Notes: generated by a model from the sequence alone, not told the origin. Shown: positions 13,137 to 26,138, counted from the stretch's first letter. The stretch: 64,000 nucleotides of DNA from Eledone cirrhosa (GCA_964016885.1 OZ024760.1:8866001-8930000), one strand, 5' to 3'. A program made the numbers and translations.

Positions 13137-14862
13137 CGACTACAACTACGACAATAGAAGCAGCAATAGCAACAATAACTGCAAAGACAACGACAACCAC
13201 AACAACAATAGAAGCAACAACAACAACAACAATAGAGGCAACAATAACAACAACAACAACAATAGAGCAACAATAACAACAACAATAACAGCAGCAGTAA
13301 TTAGAACAACAGCCACGGCAGTACCAACACCAACACCAACGACATCACCAACACCACCACCACCACCACCACCACCACCAACGACATCACCAACACCACC
13401 ACCACCACCACCACCACCACCACCACCACCACCACCACCAACGCCAACACAACCACCAACAACAACAACAACGCCAACACAACCAATACCACCAACACCA
13501 CCACCAACAACAACGCCAACACAACCACCACCAACGCCAACACAACCAACACCACCACCACCACCAACACCAACACAACCACCACCAACGCCAACACAAC
13601 CAACACCAACACCAACACCAACACAACCACCACCAACACCACCACCACCAACGCCAACACAACCAACACCACCACCAACACCACCACCAACACCAACAAC
13701 ACCACCAACACCAACACAACAAACACCACCACCACCACCAACACCAACACCACCACCACCAACGCCAACACAACCAACACCACCACCAACACCAACACCA
13801 CCACCAACAACACCACAACCAACACCAACACAACCAACACCAACACCACCACCAACGCCAACCCCACCACCAACAAAACCAACATCACCACCAACACCAA
13901 CACCACCACCAACAACACCACAACCAACACCACCACTAACGCCAACCCCACCATCACCAACACAACCAACATCACCACCAACAACACCACCAACACCACC
14001 ACCAACACCAACACCAACACAACCAACACCAACACCAACACCACCACCACCAACACCACCACCACCACCAACACCAACACCACCACCAACACCACCAACA
14101 CCACCTCCAACACCAACAACACCACCTCCAACACCAACAACACCACCACCACCAACACCAACACCAACACCACCAACACCAGCAACACCAGCAACACTAC
14201 CACCACCACCACCAACACCACCACCACCACCAACACCACCAACACCACCACCAACACCACCAACACCACCACCACCAACACCACCAACACCACCACCAAC
14301 ACCACCATCAACACCGCCAACACCAACACCACCACCAACACCGCCAACACCACCAACAACACCGCCACCACCAACACCAACACCGCCAACACCACCAACA
14401 CCAACACCAACACCAACAACACCACCAACAACACCACCAACACCAACACCAACACCAACAACACCACCAACAACACCACCACCACCAACACCAGCAACAA
14501 CAACAACAACACCACCAACACCACCACCAAGAACCCCACCACCACCACCAACACCACCACCAACACCACCAACACCATCAACACCACCACCAAGAACCAC
14601 CACCTCCACCACCACCACCACCAGCAACGACACCAACACCAACACCACCAACACCACCAGCAACAACAACACCACCAACACCACCAACAACACCAACACC
14701 ACCACCAACAACACCAACAACACCGCCGCCACCAACACCAACACCACCACCAACAACACCACCACCAACACCACCAACACCAGCAACACCAACACCACCA
14801 CCAACACCAACAACACCACCACCACCAACACCACCAACACCACCACCAACAACAACACCAAC
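13100..14862. repeat. (CAA)n/(CCA)n low-complexity tract
   Basis: Mixed CAA/CCA trinucleotides. Explains the 571-aa and 430-aa V/G/L ORFs. Confidence 0.95.
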
Positions 14863-15002
14863 AGTGGAGAATGTTAAGAGTAAGAGAGAAAGAGATAAGA
14901 TCAAGGTATGTCAGAATTTATCGAGAAAGACAGTATGACAACTCCCTAATATACTTAAACAGATGCATCAATGTGTGTATGGTGGGTATTTAACTATACA
15001 TA

Positions 15003-15060
<58 letters not shown>

Positions 15061-15205
15061 TATATATATATACATACATATATATATGCATATATATGCA
15101 TATATATACATACATATACAAATATATATATACATATATATATGTGTGTATATGTATATAGATGTGTATATATATATATATGTGTATGTATATATATATA
15201 TATAT

Positions 15206-15365
15206 ATAGGAAAAAGTATGACCCCGACGGCAGAGCTCAAGCCGTTTCGCCGGCTTGAGCTCTGCCGTCGGGGTCATACTTTTTCCTATTTCCCACTCTA
15301 CTACTCTAAGTATTGAGTACTCTGGTGCGTTATGATCCATTTGGTTCCTTACCACATTTCCTTTG

Positions 15366-15367
<2 letters not shown>
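15206..15367. mobile_element. Fold-back element family D (39-bp perfect inverted arms plus tail)
   Basis: ataggaaaaagtatgaccccgacggcagagctcaagccg-tttcgc-reverse complement, then a tail to ...accacatttcctttgtt. In (TA)n. Relatives at 42615, 50254, 51090 and 60694. Confidence 0.85.
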
Positions 15368-15421
<54 letters not shown>

Positions 15422-15484
15422 ATGTATATATGTATATGTATGTATGTATATATGTATATCTATATATGTATGTATATATGTATA

Positions 15485-15552
<68 letters not shown>

Positions 15553-15797
15553 AATATATATATATGTATATATATGTATGCGTGTGTGTATATAGACACC
15601 TAGTTTGTAACAATTGTTATATCTATATTCGTAAATACAACTGCGTAAATATATATACTCATATACATATACACACACACACTCAACATACACACATATA
15701 TATATTCATACACTTACGTATATGCAGATATCAACAAAGAAATTCATGAAACTAATTAGACTCTTTCCACACCAAGTTGATTCTTTGGATGAAATAA

Positions 15798-15919
<122 letters not shown>

Positions 15920-16006
15920 CGGATACACACATGCATATATATATATAAATATATGAGTGTGTGTGTGTATATATGTATATATAATGCAGCTTTTTGTGAA
16001 ACTATT

Positions 16007-16094
16007 ACATATTACAATTGTTTCTATATCGATCAGCTCGTGTTTGATCAGGCGATCGGATCCCGACTCTTAATCGACGCTTCTTCGGATATGT
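16007..16094 (-). ncRNA. Hammerhead-like motif with long stem II
   Basis: Minus strand: ACATAT-CCGAAGA-A-gcgtcgatta...tgatcgatata-GAA-ACAATTGT-A-ATATGT. 6-bp stem I, 8-nt palindromic stem III, one core substitution (U4C). Confidence 0.65.
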
Positions 16095-16116
16095 GACATA
16101 TATATATATATATATA

Positions 16117-16443
16117 TGTAGGAGGTGAGTTTTATTGTAGCACAATAAAGCAATGCAAATATCGGATAAGTAGCACTCTACAGTTTGTAGGACTGGAGTA
16201 TAAATAATATAAGATCAAAAGATGGTTAAAAGAGTTCCGAGTATTTTATATATATGTTGATTTAAAACTGATATTTTATATATATGTTGCTTTAAAACTT
16301 CACTATTCACAAGTGTTTTTTAACCTTCATATCATGTATCCCTATTTTATCTGATGAAAACGCAGATATCATCTCATGATGATATTTGTTGTTGAAATGC
16401 GCATAATAAAATACTTGGAAATCTTTTAACCATCTTTTGATCT

Positions 16444-16447
<4 letters not shown>
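16117..16447. mobile_element. HHR-bearing fold-back element family A, copy 3 (HHR on plus strand 16345-16411)
   Basis: TTTTAT-CTGATGA-aaac-gcagatatcatc(tcat)gatgatatttgt-tgtt-GAA-ATGCGCAT-A-ATAAAA. Opposite orientation to copies 1 and 2. Confidence 0.85.
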
Positions 16448-16516
<69 letters not shown>

Positions 16517-16521
<5 letters not shown>

Positions 16522-16840
16522 CAAAAGATGGTTAAAAGAGTTCCATGTATTTTATTATGCGCATTTCAAAAACAAATATCATGCAATAACATTTGTTGAT
16601 TTAAAACTGCACTATCCACAAGTGTCTTTAACCTTCATATCATGTCCTCCTATTTTATCTGATGAAAACACAAATGTTATTGCATGATGATATTTGAATG
16701 CGCATAATAAAATACATGGAACTCATTTAACCATCTTTTGATCTTATATATTATGTATACTCCAGTCCTACAAACTGTAGAGTGCTTCTTATCCGATATC
16801 TGCATTGCTTTATTGTACTACAATAAAACTCACCTCCTAC
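16517..16840. mobile_element. HHR-bearing fold-back element family A, copy 4 (HHR 16653-16712 damaged by deletion)
   Basis: Truncated inverted arm, then a long arm from gttgatttaaaactgc to cctaca. Separated from copy 3 only by (TA)n. Confidence 0.85.
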
Positions 16841-16920
<80 letters not shown>

Positions 16921-17071
16921 GTGTGTGTGATCCGAAAAGATATCCGAGTGGAACTTCAGGTAAAGTCCGTGTGTAAATCCAATTTCAGAATGAAAATCCA
17001 ACGAATTTCATTTCCGTTTCTTCTCTGGCCGTCTCCTCAATCTTTCTGGTTTCTCATTTAATTTCTCATTC

Positions 17072-17110
17072 GTTATTCTGATGAAGGACTAGCGTCCGAA
17101 ATGTTAAGAC
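17072..17110 (+). ncRNA. Minimal hammerhead ribozyme motif
   Basis: TT-CTGATGA-A-GGAC(TAGC)GTCC-GAA-ATGT-T-AA. Intact core, GUU cleavage triplet. Same family as 541-578 but with a different stem II sequence that still pairs. Confidence 0.7.
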
Positions 17111-17255
17111 TCTCTTCCTGCTATTTCAAGCGTTAAACTAATATATTTCTTCTATGTACTGTGCCGTTTGTTTTGTTATTTTTGTTTAACTTTTACACAC
17201 ACACACGCATATATATATATATATATATATAGTGACGAAACATAATCCTTTATTT

Positions 17256-17311
17256 ACTCCTATATATATTTCGATGATAGCCATTGAATGGATATGACCT
17301 CATCAGGCAGT
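17256..17311 (-). ncRNA. Minimal hammerhead ribozyme motif
   Basis: Minus strand: ACTGC-CTGATGA-ggtcatatccattcaatggctatcatc-GAA-ATATATAT-A-GGAGT. Intact core, palindromic stem III, imperfect stems I and II. Confidence 0.65.
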
Positions 17312-19509
17312 TAGTCAGTTCTTAGATATGCCAGCTTTGTGTTTATGGTGTTGATGGTATCAGAGCCTTGATATATATATATATATATACATATATTTAT
17401 ATATATATTTCGTTTTTGAATTTGTTTTGCAAGATTTCTTATCTGAAAACGTGTGTTGAAACAGATATTGTTATAATTTGGGAGGGTCATGTTGCCAATA
17501 AAAACGCACGCACCTGTTGGTTTTCGCTTCAATTTATTATAAATTTCCGGTTGGTTGGTTGGTTGGCTGGTTGGTTCGATAACCGGATGGTTGTTTATAT
17601 ATTGTCAAAGCTCTTTCCTCACACATTCTGTGACCTCCTCAGTGACTAGGTTTTTATTTTGTATCTCTCCTGTGTTCTGTCCTACACCATCTTGTTTTTT
17701 TGTGTTGTGTGCTTAGTCTGCGCATTCGGCAGATCCGGGTGTGTGTGTGTGTGTGTGTGTGTGTGTTTATTTCTTTATTTATGTGTTTATTTACTTTTCA
17801 CTAGTTGGTTGGTTGTTCTGTGTGTTTTGTCCTTAATTACTGGTTGTGATGTTGCTATTCCACTCATGTTTTCTGTTTAATTTTGGTTGGGGTTCGTTTA
17901 TGTTTGTCGCCTCTGCGATTTGTCTGAGCATTGCATCTTTTTTGTGTGTGGATAAAATTTCGCCACGAGTGACTCGGAAGCTTCCTCCTTTTGGGGGAAT
18001 TTTTGTTGTTTGTTGTTTGAATTTTTTAATTTGTTTTTACACATTTCTATCTTGTTATAACCTTTTTACGCGGTCAAAACCTACTTTGTATCGTCCTGTA
18101 CCATTCTGTGCCGTCTGTAATGTGTTTTCTTCATGTTAGCTCTTGTGCCCAATAAAGAAAAGGTGGGTGAATGTGGCGAGAATGGACCGTGTGATCGATT
18201 TAACCCCCCCCCCCCCAAAAAAAAATTGCTTGCCTTGTGCTTCCACTAGAAATCATTATTATTGTTATTATTGTTATTATTGTTATTATAGCCTCTTCTG
18301 TAAAATCTGGAGAGATTGCTCTTACTTCCTGTTTATACAAAAAGCCAGTTGGCACATGCTGTGCTTTTCCGGGCTTCATAAGGTCCCAAACATTGCTCCG
18401 GGTATCGCTACTTTAGCTTGCTGCTGCTGCTACTACTGCTGCTGCTGCTGCTACTGCTGCTGCTGCTGCTACTGCTGCTGTTGCTGCTTTTGTTATTGTT
18501 CTTACTGCTGTTGCTGCTGCTACTGCTGCTGCTTTTGTTATTGTTCTTACTGCTGCTGCTGCTGCTGCTTTTGTTATTGTTCTTACTGCTGCTGCTGCTG
18601 CTGCTTTTGTTATTGTTCTTACTGCTGCTGCTGCTTTTGTTATTGTTCTTGCTGCTGCTGCTGCTGCTGCTACTACTACTACTGCTGCTTTTGTTATTGT
18701 TCTTACTGTTGTTGCTGCTGCTACTGCTGCTGCTTTTGTTATTGTTCTTACTGCTGTTGCTGCTGCTTTTACTGTACTTACTGCTGCTGCTGCTGCTTTT
18801 GTTATTGTACTTACTGCTGCTGCTGCTGTTTTTGTTATTGTTCTTACTGCTGTTGCTGCTGCTTTTGTTATTGTTCTTACTGCTGTTGCTGCTACTACTG
18901 CTGCTGCTGCTGCTTTTGCTGTCTCTTTTGTTGTTGTTGTTGTTGTTGTTGTTTATGAATATATTTTAAAGTTCTGTCTGTCTGTCTGTCTTCTCTTCCT
19001 TCTTCACCTTATTTTTCCTATTGCTGTTGTTTTTTTTTTCTTCTTCTACTTTCTTTTCCTCGTTCTCTTTCTTCTTCACCTTCTTTTTCCTAGTGTTGTT
19101 GTTCTTCTTTTTCATCTTCTTCCACCTCCTCCTCCCCTGCTTCTCCCCCTCCCTCTCCTCCACCCCTCCTCCTCCTCCTCCTCCTCCCTGTTTGAGGTAT
19201 CAACACTTCTGTCATCTTGCTTTTATTCAATCGGGTTTGTATTTACGCCTGCTGTTCTTCTTATTGTTGTAGTTGTTGTTGTTGTTGCTCTCGATTTTGT
19301 TGTTGTGGTGTTAGTGGAAGGGGTGGTGGTGGTGGTCGAAGGGGAGGTGGTGGTGGTTGAAGGGGAGTTGGTGGTGGTATTGTTGTTGTTGTTGTTGTTG
19401 TGGTAGTGGAGGAAGGGGAGGCGGCGATGGTGGTGGTGTTGTTGTTGTTGTTAAGGGAACATCTCTGTTATCTCACTGAATTATGGATGGCCCGTATATA
19501 AGTTTGAAA

Positions 19510-19542
<33 letters not shown>

Positions 19543-19561
19543 TACACACACATACACACTC

Positions 19562-19592
<31 letters not shown>

Positions 19593-19914
19593 TACACACA
19601 CATACACAGTCACATACATACATACACACACACATACATACACACACATACACAGTCACATACATACATACACACATACATACACACACATACACACATA
19701 TACACAGTCACATACATACACACACACATACACACACACACACAGTCACATACATACACACATGCATACACACATACATACACACTCACATACATACATA
19801 CATACATACACACATACATACACACACACATATACATGTACATACATAGATACATACACACACATACATATACACACATACATACATAATACATACATAA
19901 TACATACATACATA

Positions 19915-21760
19915 CAAACTATATGGCTAAAAGAACTGGAACAGGAATAGTGCCAGCATGTCCAGACAAAACATTATGACATAGATGAGTCAATACTGGA
20001 AACAGCTCTGCAGAAAATGTCGAATAGAAAATCAGCAGGCCCAGATCTCATAACAGGATACTGGCTGAAGAATTTCATCTTCTATCGGCAAGATCTCATA
20101 CGGTTGTTTAGAGAAAGCATTAAAGGTACACAAGAACTACCCCAATTGTTATCAACTGCCACTACTCTGCTCATCCCCCAACATAGCCAAACCACCCTTG
20201 CTAAAAATTACAGCCCAAGAGCCTGCCAGAACATCATGTACCAATTGTACACTGGGTGCCTTAATCTGTTCTTACAGGATCGTTGTGCCACTAACAATAT
20301 TGTAACACCTGAGCAAGCTGGTGGAAAGGAGGAGGTGTAGGGGTGTATAGATCAGCTACTAATTTATAAATTGATACAGCAAAATACAGCAGGAACATGA
20401 CTGTGGTGTAATTGGATTATAGGAAGGCTTTTGATAGTGTACTTCATGGGTGGATTATTAAGGCTTTACAGTTAGCCAAAGTCCCATAAGCATTAATAGC
20501 TGCTGTTGAACTCCTGACCAAGAACTGGTACACCAATTTGATCATTAGAGGATATTATTTCGTTCATGCTCAGAAGGTATCGTTCAAGCTAATAGCTTAT
20601 CAGTGCTGCTCTTCGTCCTCTCTCTAAACTCACTATCATACCTGCTCACAAAAGAATGTGGTCATAGAAGTAGGTCCAGAAGTATCTCCCATCTATGTTT
20701 TGTTGATGACCTGAAGTTAAATGGACCAAATACCAATTATATATAAAAAATAAAAAAAAACAATTGGACCTCATTACACAATTTTCTACAGACATCAGAA
20801 TGGAATTTGGTGAGTCCAAATGTATATTTGGCAGTATAACGTGGAAGGGTTGTGCCCTCCTCTGGAAATCTAGAGATGAACGGCTTGACAGTACAACCTC
20901 TACAATCAGGTGACAACTAAAGATATCTTGGACAGGATAAGAATGTCAGATATGATGGACCCATAAATAAGGAGAGAACCAGAACTGAATACCTCAGAAG
21001 AGTAAAGAAAATATGGTCGTTAGAACTATCAACGTACAACAAATACATTGCCCACAATACTTTTGCTGTGCCAATCCTAACGCCAACATTTTGTCTGCTG
21101 AACTGGTCATTGCAAGAAATACGTGAGATGGGTGTAAGAACTCGAAAGCTTCTCAGTGTTACTGGAAACTTTAACAGCAATGGTGATATGGATAGGCTAT
21201 ACTTCCCACGCAGGGAAGGTGGCCGGGGTCTAAAATCCATATTAACATCATACGAGACTCAGATAATAACACTGAAGTAACATCTTCAACAGAAGAAAAA
21301 GGTCAGCAACCATCTTGCACAGGTTTATGAGCATGAAGGAAATAATATCATTAGGATAGCCACTGATTTGGAGGAGAGATATGGCATAAGGCCTGATATA
21401 AATCTCTCTCCTAGGGACATTGGAAGATCCTATTAAATGCTCGAACAAGATTAAAAAATGGACCAATTTACAGAGAAAGTTGTGCAGGGGTATCTGAGAC
21501 GAAAACACAGGCCATAGAGAGGATAAATAATTCAAAAAGCCTGACATGGAGTTCCCACAAGTATATAACATCCCACCTTGAAGGGTATCTGTATACAATA
21601 CAGGAACAAGAAATCCCTATCAAATATCTACTACACAAAAGAGGAGGTCCATCAGTTGACAATAAATGTAGGCTATGTAAAACAAAGATCGAAGATGTGA
21701 GCCACATGATTGCCTACTGTGAAAGAATGTCGTCTCGTTACTACCTCCCTATGGGACATA
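19915..21760 (+). mobile_element. Decayed R4/Dong-like RLE-class non-LTR retrotransposon (RT plus CCHC knuckle)
   Basis: KSAGPDLITGYWLK, EQAGGK, LDYRKAFDSV, ISHLCFVDDLKL, YLGQD, DRLYFPRREGGRGLKSI, EGYLYTIQEQEI, CRLCKTKIEDVSHMIAYC. Many stops and frameshifts; truncated at both ends. Confidence 0.92.
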
Positions 21761-21915
21761 ATTCAGCCATAGTAACCAGTTTTTCAAAACTTTCAAAGGA
21801 GTTATGTTGTGTGGAATAAATAATTAAAACGTTTGGACGTTTTGAAAAGAAATGTTATTATGGCTGAATTGTGTGGTCGAACTTATAGTCTTACACCTGT
21901 CTGTAATCCCATGCT

Positions 21916-22130
21916 ATGCTACATGTGCATCTAACCTTTTTAATATTTTTTAAAATGCATGCTACATGTGCATCTAACCTTTTTAATATTTTTTAAAATG
22001 CATGCTACATGTGCATCTAACCTTTTTAATATTTTTTAAAATGCATGCTACATGTGCATCTAACCTTTTAAATATTTTTTTAAATGCATGCTACATGTGC
22101 ATCTAACCTTTTTAATATTTTTTAAAATGC
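21916..22130. repeat. 43-bp tandem repeat, 5 copies
   Basis: atgctacatgtgcatctaacctttttaatattttttaaaatgc. Confidence 0.93.
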
Positions 22131-22445
22131 TTAAACCCGTAAGCTTTATTTTGAAATGCATGTTTTCCTCTGTCTCCTATTACTAATTTTTTTTTAGCAA
22201 CAATTTTGTCCACAACTATACATGATATATGATTTTTAATCTACTTCATTTATCTGTAACGGCATGTATTTTGTTTTACTTTATTTTACTGCATATTATC
22301 TACTCCTATTTTTCATGTTTTCCGACTCAGTTACCTTATATATTATATATAATTGCTTGCGCTTATCTAACTTCTCATTGTATGTATCCTCCAAATGTTC
22401 TTGTAACAAAGTTTTGATCTTATATTTGTGTTTAACTTCTGTAAA

Positions 22446-22492
22446 AACACCGATGATATCTGACTTGTGGTAGGATGAAACGATTGTTAGTT
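22446..22492 (+). ncRNA. Degenerate hammerhead-like motif
   Basis: AACA-CCGATGA-T-atctgac(ttgtg)gtaggat-GAA-ACGATTGT-T-AGTT. One core change, near-palindromic stem III. Confidence 0.5.
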
Positions 22493-22645
22493 ATTAAATG
22501 CCTGGAAGATTAAACATTCTTTGATTATTATTTACATTGGATTTCGACTCTGTATTATACTTGTTATTTTACATCGAGCTACATTCATACTTGTAACTAG
22601 GTAATATTAAATATTACTCACCATATAAAAATATATAGCTATACT

Positions 22646-22684
<39 letters not shown>

Positions 22685-23017
22685 ACATTCTTTTTAACCT
22701 CCAATATATCTAATATGCAGTTTTTCTATTTAAAGTTTTTGTTAATTTTTTATATTCTCTTTAACCATTCAATTGTTTGCATTTTTTATTCCCCGAATAA
22801 GAAAGTTAAATATGACGTCAGAAAACTTATGTTTGAAGCTCCATAAACCTTATGTTGTATGTTGTATGGCTATAAAGAACTAGAAACACTATGGAACATA
22901 GTAGAGAAAGCCAGTTGTCACCTGCTGGGCTCTTCCGGACTTTTTAACGTCCAAAACATTGCTCCGGGTGGCGCTACTTTTGCTGCTGTTGTTGTTGTTG
23001 TTGTTGTTGGTGGTGGT

Positions 23018-23053
<36 letters not shown>

Positions 23054-23157
23054 TGTTGTTGTTGTTGTTGTTGCTGGTGGTGGTGGTGGTGGTGGTGGTG
23101 GTGGTTGCTGTTGTTGTTGCTGCTGTTATTGTTGCTGCTGGTGGTGGTTGCTATTGT

Positions 23158-23198
<41 letters not shown>

Positions 23199-23221
23199 GT
23201 GGTGGTTGCTATTGTTGTTGT

Positions 23222-23259
<38 letters not shown>

Positions 23260-23328
23260 GTGGTGGTGGTGGTGGTTTCTATTGTTGTTGTTGCTGCTGC
23301 TGTTGCTGGTGGTGGTGGTGTTTGCTAT

Positions 23329-23369
<41 letters not shown>

Positions 23370-23939
23370 CTGGTGGTGGTAGTGGTGGTTGCTATTGTTG
23401 TTGTTGCTGCTACTGTTGTTGTTGTTGCTGCTACTGTTGTTGTTGCTGTTGTTGTTGTTGATCTTGTTCTTCTTCGTTTTCTACTTCTTCTTCTTCTTCT
23501 TCTAATTGATATTAGATTTGGCTTAGAAAAATGTATAACAAGCCAACGTTGAAGAGAATTCGCCCCAAAACAGCGACACTTAGGAATCAATAAACTAGAC
23601 AGTGTACAATACACACGAATGACAGAAAATGTTAGAAGTATAATATATATGCATTAGATTAATACTTCAAACAGATCCATGCAGTAAAATAAGGTAACAG
23701 GCATCAATAATTTGGTGTCTTATTAATAAGCTTTACAGATTTCTCAACTTGACGCTAAATGAATCAGAATGACTAGACAGAAAAACTGAAAATGTTAACA
23801 CGAAAAACAATGGCCGCAGTCTGAATACACCTAATAGTAAGTTTATATATACTCGGAGAATAGGAAATATTTTATATCAATAGAAAGCTATTATCAGATA
23901 ACCATTGTAGGACTACAGGAATATGCTGTAGACAGCAAT

Positions 23940-24218
23940 AGACAATAAGATCTGGTGTTGGACGTGCAAATATCAATCTTGCAAAATGGAGGTATTTAAA
24001 GGGGAACATCCCTGCACAGCATTGGACTTGACAGAGTTTAATGAGAAAGGACATCAATCTTGAAAAATGGAGGTATTTAAAGGGGAACATCCCTGCACAG
24101 CATTGGACTTGACAGAGTTTAATGAGAAAGGACAGCAATGTGTTCAGCTGTGGTGGAACCACATCTAGCCAAGCTTTGTAGCTGACACTCTTGTGGACAT
24201 GATAAGAAGAAGAAGAAA
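23940..24218 (+). mobile_element. LINE (probably RTE) 3' fragment with internal 81-bp tandem duplication and (GAA)n tail
   Basis: Frame reads RSGVGRANINLAKWRY. The block starting at 23972 repeats at 24053. Ends gataagaagaagaagaa. Confidence 0.6.
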
Positions 24219-24369
24219 CAATAGACAAACAATAACGTCCAAAACATTAACAAAATAAAACACTATTTCAGTTTTCAAAGAAGTTAACAAATATAAGACG
24301 AGTAGAAATGACTGACGGCTTCGAGAAGAAAAAATAAATAACAACATAAATTGTGAAAAAGTGGCAACT

Positions 24370-24463
24370 GAACTAAAACGGTGCTCTTCTTCTTCTAATT
24401 GATATTTGATTCGGTCTAGAAAAATGTATTAAACCAACGTTGAAGAGAACTAAAACGGTGCTC
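24370..24463 (-). mobile_element. 60-bp 5'-truncated retroposon insertion with 17-bp TSD
   Basis: gaactaaaacggtgctc at 24370-24386 and 24447-24463 flanks an insert with a (TTC)n end. A longer related copy lies at about 23490-23560. Confidence 0.8.
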
Positions 24464-24726
24464 CGTAAATCAATGCTAAAACGATGGCAAGAAAAGCTCA
24501 AACATATCCAATACCTTCAAAACAAAACACTGGACAGAGAGATATAGACAAAGAAAATGGCGACATTGCCCGGGGAAGATTTGAAGCCAACCTGTGATTG
24601 AAGGGTCCTTCTCTACAACAGAGGATGAAAACCATAAACCACCAGTACGATCAATTGTAGATGGCATGTATTACTGTAACAAGTTTAACTCTCTCTCTCT
24701 CTCTCTCTCTCTTTGTATATATATAT

Positions 24727-25055
24727 ATATATTACTTCAAAATATTAATAAATATAGGCATTCATGTGATCAAATATATTTTATTATATATATTTCAAAA
24801 CTGGAATCGAACCATCAGCACAGTTGAGGTATGTCAGACATCAATTTATTTTATCTGATGAAGACGTACTGAGGAAACAGCTCAGTACCTCCGAAATATG
24901 TATAATAAAATATATTTGATCACATGAATGCCTATATTTATTAATATTTTAAAGTAATATTAATAACTCCAGAAAACCTAACAGTTGAGTGCTTCTAATC
25001 TATTGTAAAACTATATTCATTGATTAATCAATGAACCTTGTTAAACTTTTGGTTA
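24727..25055. mobile_element. HHR-bearing fold-back element family C (HHR on plus strand 24849-24910)
   Basis: TTTTAT-CTGATGA-A-gacgtactgag(gaaacag)ctcagtacctc-C-GAA-ATATGTAT-A-ATAAAA. 24731-24796 is the reverse complement of 24893-24958. (TA)n flanks. Confidence 0.82.
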
Positions 25056-25065
25056 TATATATATA

Positions 25066-25223
25066 CATGGACACACTGGAAGAGGAAGACCAAGGTTAAC
25101 GTATGTTGATGCCCTAAGGACAGACACTGGTCTGTTGGAGATGCAGGACATGGCAGCGATAATGAGGGACAGAGACCGCTGGAGAGAACTCGTCCATGGA
25201 TCTCGGGAATTTTACCCGCCTTA
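25066..25223 (+). mobile_element. RTE-like LINE 3' terminal fragment
   Basis: [52 protein letters not shown]-stop, followed by microsatellite. Near-identical copy at 60320-60432. Confidence 0.85.
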
Positions 25224-25301
25224 GATAGATAGATATATATATACATATATATGTATATATATATATATATATATGTGTGTGTATATATATACATATATGT
25301 G

Positions 25302-25348
<47 letters not shown>

Positions 25349-25379
25349 ATATATATATATATGTGTGTATATATATATA

Positions 25380-25410
<31 letters not shown>

Positions 25411-25453
25411 GTGTGTGTATATATATATATATATGTGTGTGTATATATATATA

Positions 25454-25494
<41 letters not shown>

Positions 25495-25619
25495 ATATAT
25501 ATATATATATGTGTGTATATATATATACATATATGTGTGTATATATATATACATATATGTGTGTATATATATACATATATGTGTGTATATATATACATAT
25601 ATGTGTGTATATATATACA

Positions 25620-25695
<76 letters not shown>

Positions 25696-25720
25696 CATAC
25701 ATACATGCATGCATACATAC

Positions 25721-25755
<35 letters not shown>

Positions 25756-26099
25756 CATACATACATACATGCATGCATACATACATATATACAAACAAAC
25801 AAACAAACAAACAAACATGCTTATATATATATGTATATATATATATTATTTAGGGTGTGATGGTGGTGATGGTGGTGATAATGATTTAATGATGGCAATG
25901 ATAGTGTTACTGCTGTTAAAATGATGTCCTTCTTGACTCCGATTTACGGGAGTTACGGCGCCATCTTGCCATGGTGTAAGCTAAATGTTTCGCCAGTCTT
26001 TCCTACTGAGATAAAGACAATCACGTGACTGCAGCTGCCTACGCACCCTAGGAAGACAGAGCCAAGGACACCCCATGGCAAACTAATCAACAAACAATT

Positions 26100-26138
<39 letters not shown>

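Noticed and set aside
13146-14861. 571-aa Gly/Val-rich ORF resembling a structural protein
   Set aside because: It is a CCA/CAA low-complexity tract open in several frames, with no signal peptide or splice evidence.
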